Notes under the pieces: model-generated
Databases searched by the model: none
Told to the model about the DNA's origin: nothing
What the model saw: only the letters and a program-made list of their open reading frames with translations
Translations under genes and position numbers: made by a program
NCBI GenBank assembly: GCA_018650165.1
Contig: JABIGM010000049.1
Coordinates: forward strand, 1-14,195
DNA from: Methanobacteriota archaeon
GTDB taxonomy: Archaea > Thermoplasmatota > Poseidoniia > Poseidoniales > Poseidoniaceae
Reading direction: 5' to 3'
Length of the DNA stretch: 14,195 nucleotides
Part shown: positions 14,101-14,195 of the stretch, one piece after another
Layout: each line of letters opens with the position of its first letter
How positions within the stretch are numbered: the first letter of the stretch is position 1

Positions 14101-14195
14101 AGTCCATCAGAAGGTGCATATTCTGTTTTTGATGCGATAGGGTATCATAACGTTAATGTTGCAACTTATCAGTTAAATGATAGTGCAGGGAATAT
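5158..14195 (+). CDS. Giant secreted/cell-surface multi-beta-propeller protein (RCC1/BLIP-II-like, TSP3-like, jelly-roll and putative Ig domains); at least 3012 aa, runs off the window
   Basis: Hand translation of frame 1 finds no stop from ATG 5158 (previous in-frame stop TAG at 5125-5127) to 14195. It is probably absent from the ORF track because no stop lies in the window. The N-terminus MRPVTLRTSALMLTLIMVLMPMTPFA-DQDF is a Sec-type signal peptide. Confidence 0.95.
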   Translation, partial: MRPVTLRTSALMLTLIMVLMPMTPFADQDFKSSDSASEETGEELNEQIIMSTGNTGNADSLAFGLQSGCAIGASGNIKCWGDGSDGQLGLGNTQNIGDSSDETGTDLPFVNLGTNASVDKVVMGEDHSCALFTNGSVKCWGESSVLGLGYSSSNGGFGDGYLETGDTLPFMQFPTGRTATMLEAGKSHTCAVMDNNDLICWGDNSKGQLGLGDTDKRGDSAGEIGTNFEVTSVPTGRTVDSMALGWDHTCVVWDNYSVSCWGGNDHGQLGLDSTTDIGDGASEMGDNLDFLDLGGAASAITAGDGFTCAIVVTTGSSSGVTRAFCWGLNDFGQLGIESTTNVGDGTGGSMSSISNADLIQYVQAIDAGEDHVCAIVKYGAYRPVQCWGNGADGRLGYGSQDSRGTGPGSSTGMGSNLGYVRLTNSGTHHAYTVTDIELGVGTTCVIMVNNDIVCWGDNGIGQLGYGDTEDRGDGQTDLPFLTELSLKLDEEAGEDSCDILAVPEARDELDKRLDSDSSDTGDLISMFEITTTGCPSIAYYDSGSNNLKFAAYDNGMWAVETLGSDSGVIDVDIVIDANGNPHIVHMTSSGTDRVSYTTKVNGIWTEDTLTGMDGTEELSLSIDSNGDLRLLTVTTTELVESTCSSACSSISNWANSNTLVASASIVDSNGDHSVHITSSGLYYSDSLGTPALVSTDVYSAYMAASIDVAPDGTISIAHTNDAYQTYYSSCSSGCTSASSWSTELVSNNTSSEVVLQYDGDGTPWILLTHNTTGATLFSLNDAQWDGQAISAWPGAADSFGMMINSAGYVFTSLHLVSAGELWAVTNPAVAGAGLYVDADGDGWTGMQELSCGTDRMVSSSTPVDFDVDGHCDSLDTHVDLPATGDSDVLAQGMDFACAIVNEGEIECWGDNTYGKLGGSASGVSWPSGFTAISIDAGESHACALSAELQIMCWGRNNYGQIGINTTSASEPPTIVNTDTLAHQWGGVLTGSLEVAYHDLAVGANHVCALVNQGHYQHQAYDDEHVVCWGNGADSQTGQYAVTNPTAGYDDDFETGSPSSIWTIEGTSGQFGSKWLVDTTDASSGSNSFKSSTHQSNSDVGFSITKQFQSGSVSFDYKTDTCPIANSCNDRLVFYIDGVEVNSSKGQMTGWSTYTTNVATGTHTLRWSFIKDGSTANDAAGDYVAVDNIEILTGFVIESGGVLTEPQRMDINTNGKVTSIVAGERHTCVTNHLSELLCMGYNGGSNNMVLGNSSTTADNSSELVKVDVDFGTSDVKAVSAGYDTSCAILDNSTQAYCWGKRADWSDSTGTTQSGTTLLGNSTSAAIDGTWVDIGTAGDRIHSITMGEVHACAVVENTIECWGVEESGSFGLSSSSVDSYSTPQTISVPSGLTAKQVVIEHSTDSTCGVFETSSGAHTVICWGDETTVGYTSSNPVTALSNAPVEDSNGDDLEMYEISSSPDDIVDLQMGEKHACALSRQGFVKCWGDNSNGQLGYGTSSSTTSIFPGGGRMGHGENHPLVYFGQNRTVTQIEVGYSNSCALLDTGSISCWGKYDKWAFTTEYGLAGTKSAPVILTAYGTDNVKVALGGLSSVCVLKESGKVACTGNARPLGRDLYNSMYPNPVDIIAAHPSEGKVVDLIGMKEYSHDSGFCAIFESGATKCWGYNTNFFEVRTNSDPFDFYDMHGILTEDMEIGDNYGCMVVSATTELNDAVQLTPEAGEIVCWGQGYNGRTGLGTSGDYQLDSTTNTMAPLNFNGVSMIDVEIGPGTGFSGHTCSISDDRQLYCWGYNLKGQLGQGNSNTIGDNPGEMSALNPIDILGKSKIVALGGLSTCTVTTNNHVYCWGDGNSKTNWGFDYVSTSNIGDGPGEMGVNLRPVPVIMTPSDYDNDGTINLWDTDDDNDGFLDGNDDFELDECAHMDTDGDGRPDEIVSNCVTDLFEDIDDDQDQWTDIEEQACFTNSKSSTSVPFDIDNDGTCDIVDTDDDNDGWSDIDEQACERKEWNERKIVEFSSSYAYHSDYPTGIVWLQNNKGMEYQTVGLDRQNQWMRVGGSWAGNSLWNNQGNNLQVGFDHAAYGQGVYLVNDEKLFYLEYNAGISSSNPSSSTIYTFNQTNPINRQDNQHHEIAISDEGSIFLTTNTSIVNIDGGVTNYIDYPSGVSLQASDSKNKQIAVDSNGDLHLISYHTQASRIYTWIYDVSSESWNSGLNSFPGSLGDVGPGRSSFTVDSSNQPHVAFMKGASTTDSTSYVSYDYYDNAGQNWVNRFIDYTPSGNKGVSLKLDSNDNVNIAWVDNTNKSLYYTTLSSTSNAQSTTLIKQNSYTNYWVNTHKSLEIEISDGDDPWIIWSPYSSQYQYNLLFHYGSASDESRDSAKYPADHDNDGTCDMLEVATLDYGLDNLFFEMEMDISYMPEYPAMMPTGVAISPSLPSGLTFNTTTGEISGRVTSTDFAGSTYNISTTSGIEAWSTNMTIKSTMENPLYTGYETMFATAYSDNTAAKTAFASNGEIVTLLRYTSSGSITVDGIAAGGNHDTNDIVLSMREPTGDYVWAKSIRGNGFNIADVDVDDNGNIYALFQATATSSDPVEFNFDGVTIDNNGKTTVILAKWDYYGNLEWAINTESTGTSSTDSAKLVTSSATGASEMDLDKSTGDVAIIATGKTASDDLKFGGMQIGPFGTCLTTQQPWIAKVNTNGQVQWTEVGKSDPTNCHSTHSHHVVLHHDGSVTTAGHVLGDHEWDYDFGSYSVSISNPYEYRSSSWIAHADSSGNWVWAENVTTKTSYGTYADHYFTMDKFSDDTLFFGYTATTNYCTIIEFAGSSTSSSLGATSNRFCLNVATMNHTTSDVISLETRIGYYSSIDTFRSNLIYSAVDSDDIAHVLIDMYDGHDLRTTGFDMDLNVAYDVVSSSWSSNHYTTDFGLDNSDSIYFTGYHSSTFMHRTVSLLSECGIDNTNCNGVDTWLSGQSSMSASGHKLYRFWGDFDHEINYNSPSEGAYSVFDAIGYHNVNVATYQLNDSAGN
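5335..6600 (+). repeat. RCC1/BLIP-II-like propeller 1 (7 blades) of the giant protein
   Basis: Seven (H)xC...CWG...GQLG units, with the CWG cysteine at 5392, 5572, 5755, 5935, 6130, 6313 and 6517. Confidence 0.9.
6700..7640 (+). other. Non-RCC1 beta-propeller-like domain of the giant protein
   Basis: Recurring blades such as IVIDANGNPHIVH, SIDSNGDLRLL, IVDSNGDHSVH, IDVAPDGTISIAH and YDGDGTPWIL, with CSSACSS/CSSGCTS loops. Boundaries approximate. Confidence 0.65.
7666..7785 (+). repeat. TSP3-like acidic (putative Ca-binding) repeat
   Basis: DADGDGWTGMQELSC-GTDRMVSSSTP-VDFDVDGHCDSLD, the same unit as those at 10981-11100. Confidence 0.75.
7816..9470 (+). repeat. RCC1/BLIP-II-like propeller 2 (7 blades; blade 3 carries an inserted domain)
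   Basis: CWG/CMG cysteine at 7876, 8011, 8236, 8866, 9043, 9232 and 9412. Confidence 0.85.
8299..8730 (+). other. MAM/cleaved-adhesin-like jelly-roll beta-sandwich inserted in propeller 2
   Basis: YDDDFETG...W...SGSNSFKS...VSFDYK...DRLVFYIDGVE...GWSTYT.NV..GTHTLRWSFIKDGS...DYVAVDNIEI, a concanavalin-like sandwich pattern of 144 aa. Confidence 0.7.
9535..10790 (+). repeat. RCC1/BLIP-II-like propeller 3 (7 blades)
   Basis: CWG/CTG cysteine at 9604, 9799, 9961, 10135, 10321, 10507 and 10678. Confidence 0.85.
10801..11142 (+). repeat. Thrombospondin type 3-like Asp-rich repeats
   Basis: DYDNDGTINLWDTDDDNDG, DTDGDGRPD, DDDQDQWTDIEEQAC, DIDNDGTCD and DDDNDGWSDIDEQAC. The nucleotide repeat 11002-11022 vs 11122-11142 is 19/21 identical at a 120-nt period. 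Confidence 0.85.
11143..12237 (+). other. Beta-propeller-like domain inserted within a TSP3-like unit
   Basis: Blades IAISDEGSIFL, IAVDSNGDLHLISY, FTVDSSNQPHVAF, LKLDSNDNVNIAW and IEISDGDDPWIIW. Confidence 0.65.
12310..12570 (+). other. Putative Ig (He_PIG-like) domain
   Basis: AISPSLPSGLTFNTTTGEISG followed by TYNIST...TNMTIK matches the LP.GL.....TG.ISG signature. Confidence 0.75.
12600..14195 (+). other. SBBP-like beta-propeller repeat region (incomplete at window end)
   Basis: DYVWAKSI...DVDVDDNGNIYA...ILAKWDYYGNLEWA, WIAKVNTNGQVQW, WIAHADSSGNWVWA and GLDNSDSIYFTG. Confidence 0.65.

Noticed and set aside
5500-14184. At least 21 N-x-S/T sequons in the giant protein
   Set aside because: Compatible with archaeal N-glycosylation but not evidently above chance in a 3000-aa Asn/Ser/Thr-rich protein.
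1-14195. CRISPR arrays, tRNA/rRNA genes, transposases, integrases
   Set aside because: None seen by eye: no repeat-spacer periodicity, cloverleaf or recombinase motifs. A tRNAscan/Infernal run would be the definitive check.

Overview
Archaeal-style chromosomal window, probably from Marine Group II Euryarchaeota (Ca. Poseidoniales). That assignment is inferred from AGGTGA/GGAG ribosome-binding sites, a bacterio-opsin-activator-type HTH_10 regulator and a giant acidic secreted repeat protein; no marker gene is present. Gene order: 3' end of a small Cys-containing secreted/pilin-like gene (1-156, +); 173-aa hypothetical with a possible winged-helix C-terminus (292-813, +); single-domain AAA+ ATPase (822-2258, -); 115-aa basic His/Cys protein bracketed by RNA hairpins (2512-2859, -); MscS-family channel (about 3122-4426, +); HTH_10 regulator (4439-5098, +); and an ORF missing from the supplied track that I translated by hand with no stop from 5158 to the window end (at least 3012 aa, +). 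The giant protein has a signal peptide, three 7-bladed RCC1/BLIP-II-like propellers, further beta-propellers, TSP3-like acidic repeats, a jelly-roll domain and a putative Ig domain. The strongest unexplained signal is an identical 17-bp sequence (CACTATCATGAATGGGT) 50-51 bp upstream of both mscS and the giant gene, bracketing the mscS-HTH_10 pair. This suggests a co-regulated channel/regulator/surface-protein unit or a repeat-flanked cassette.
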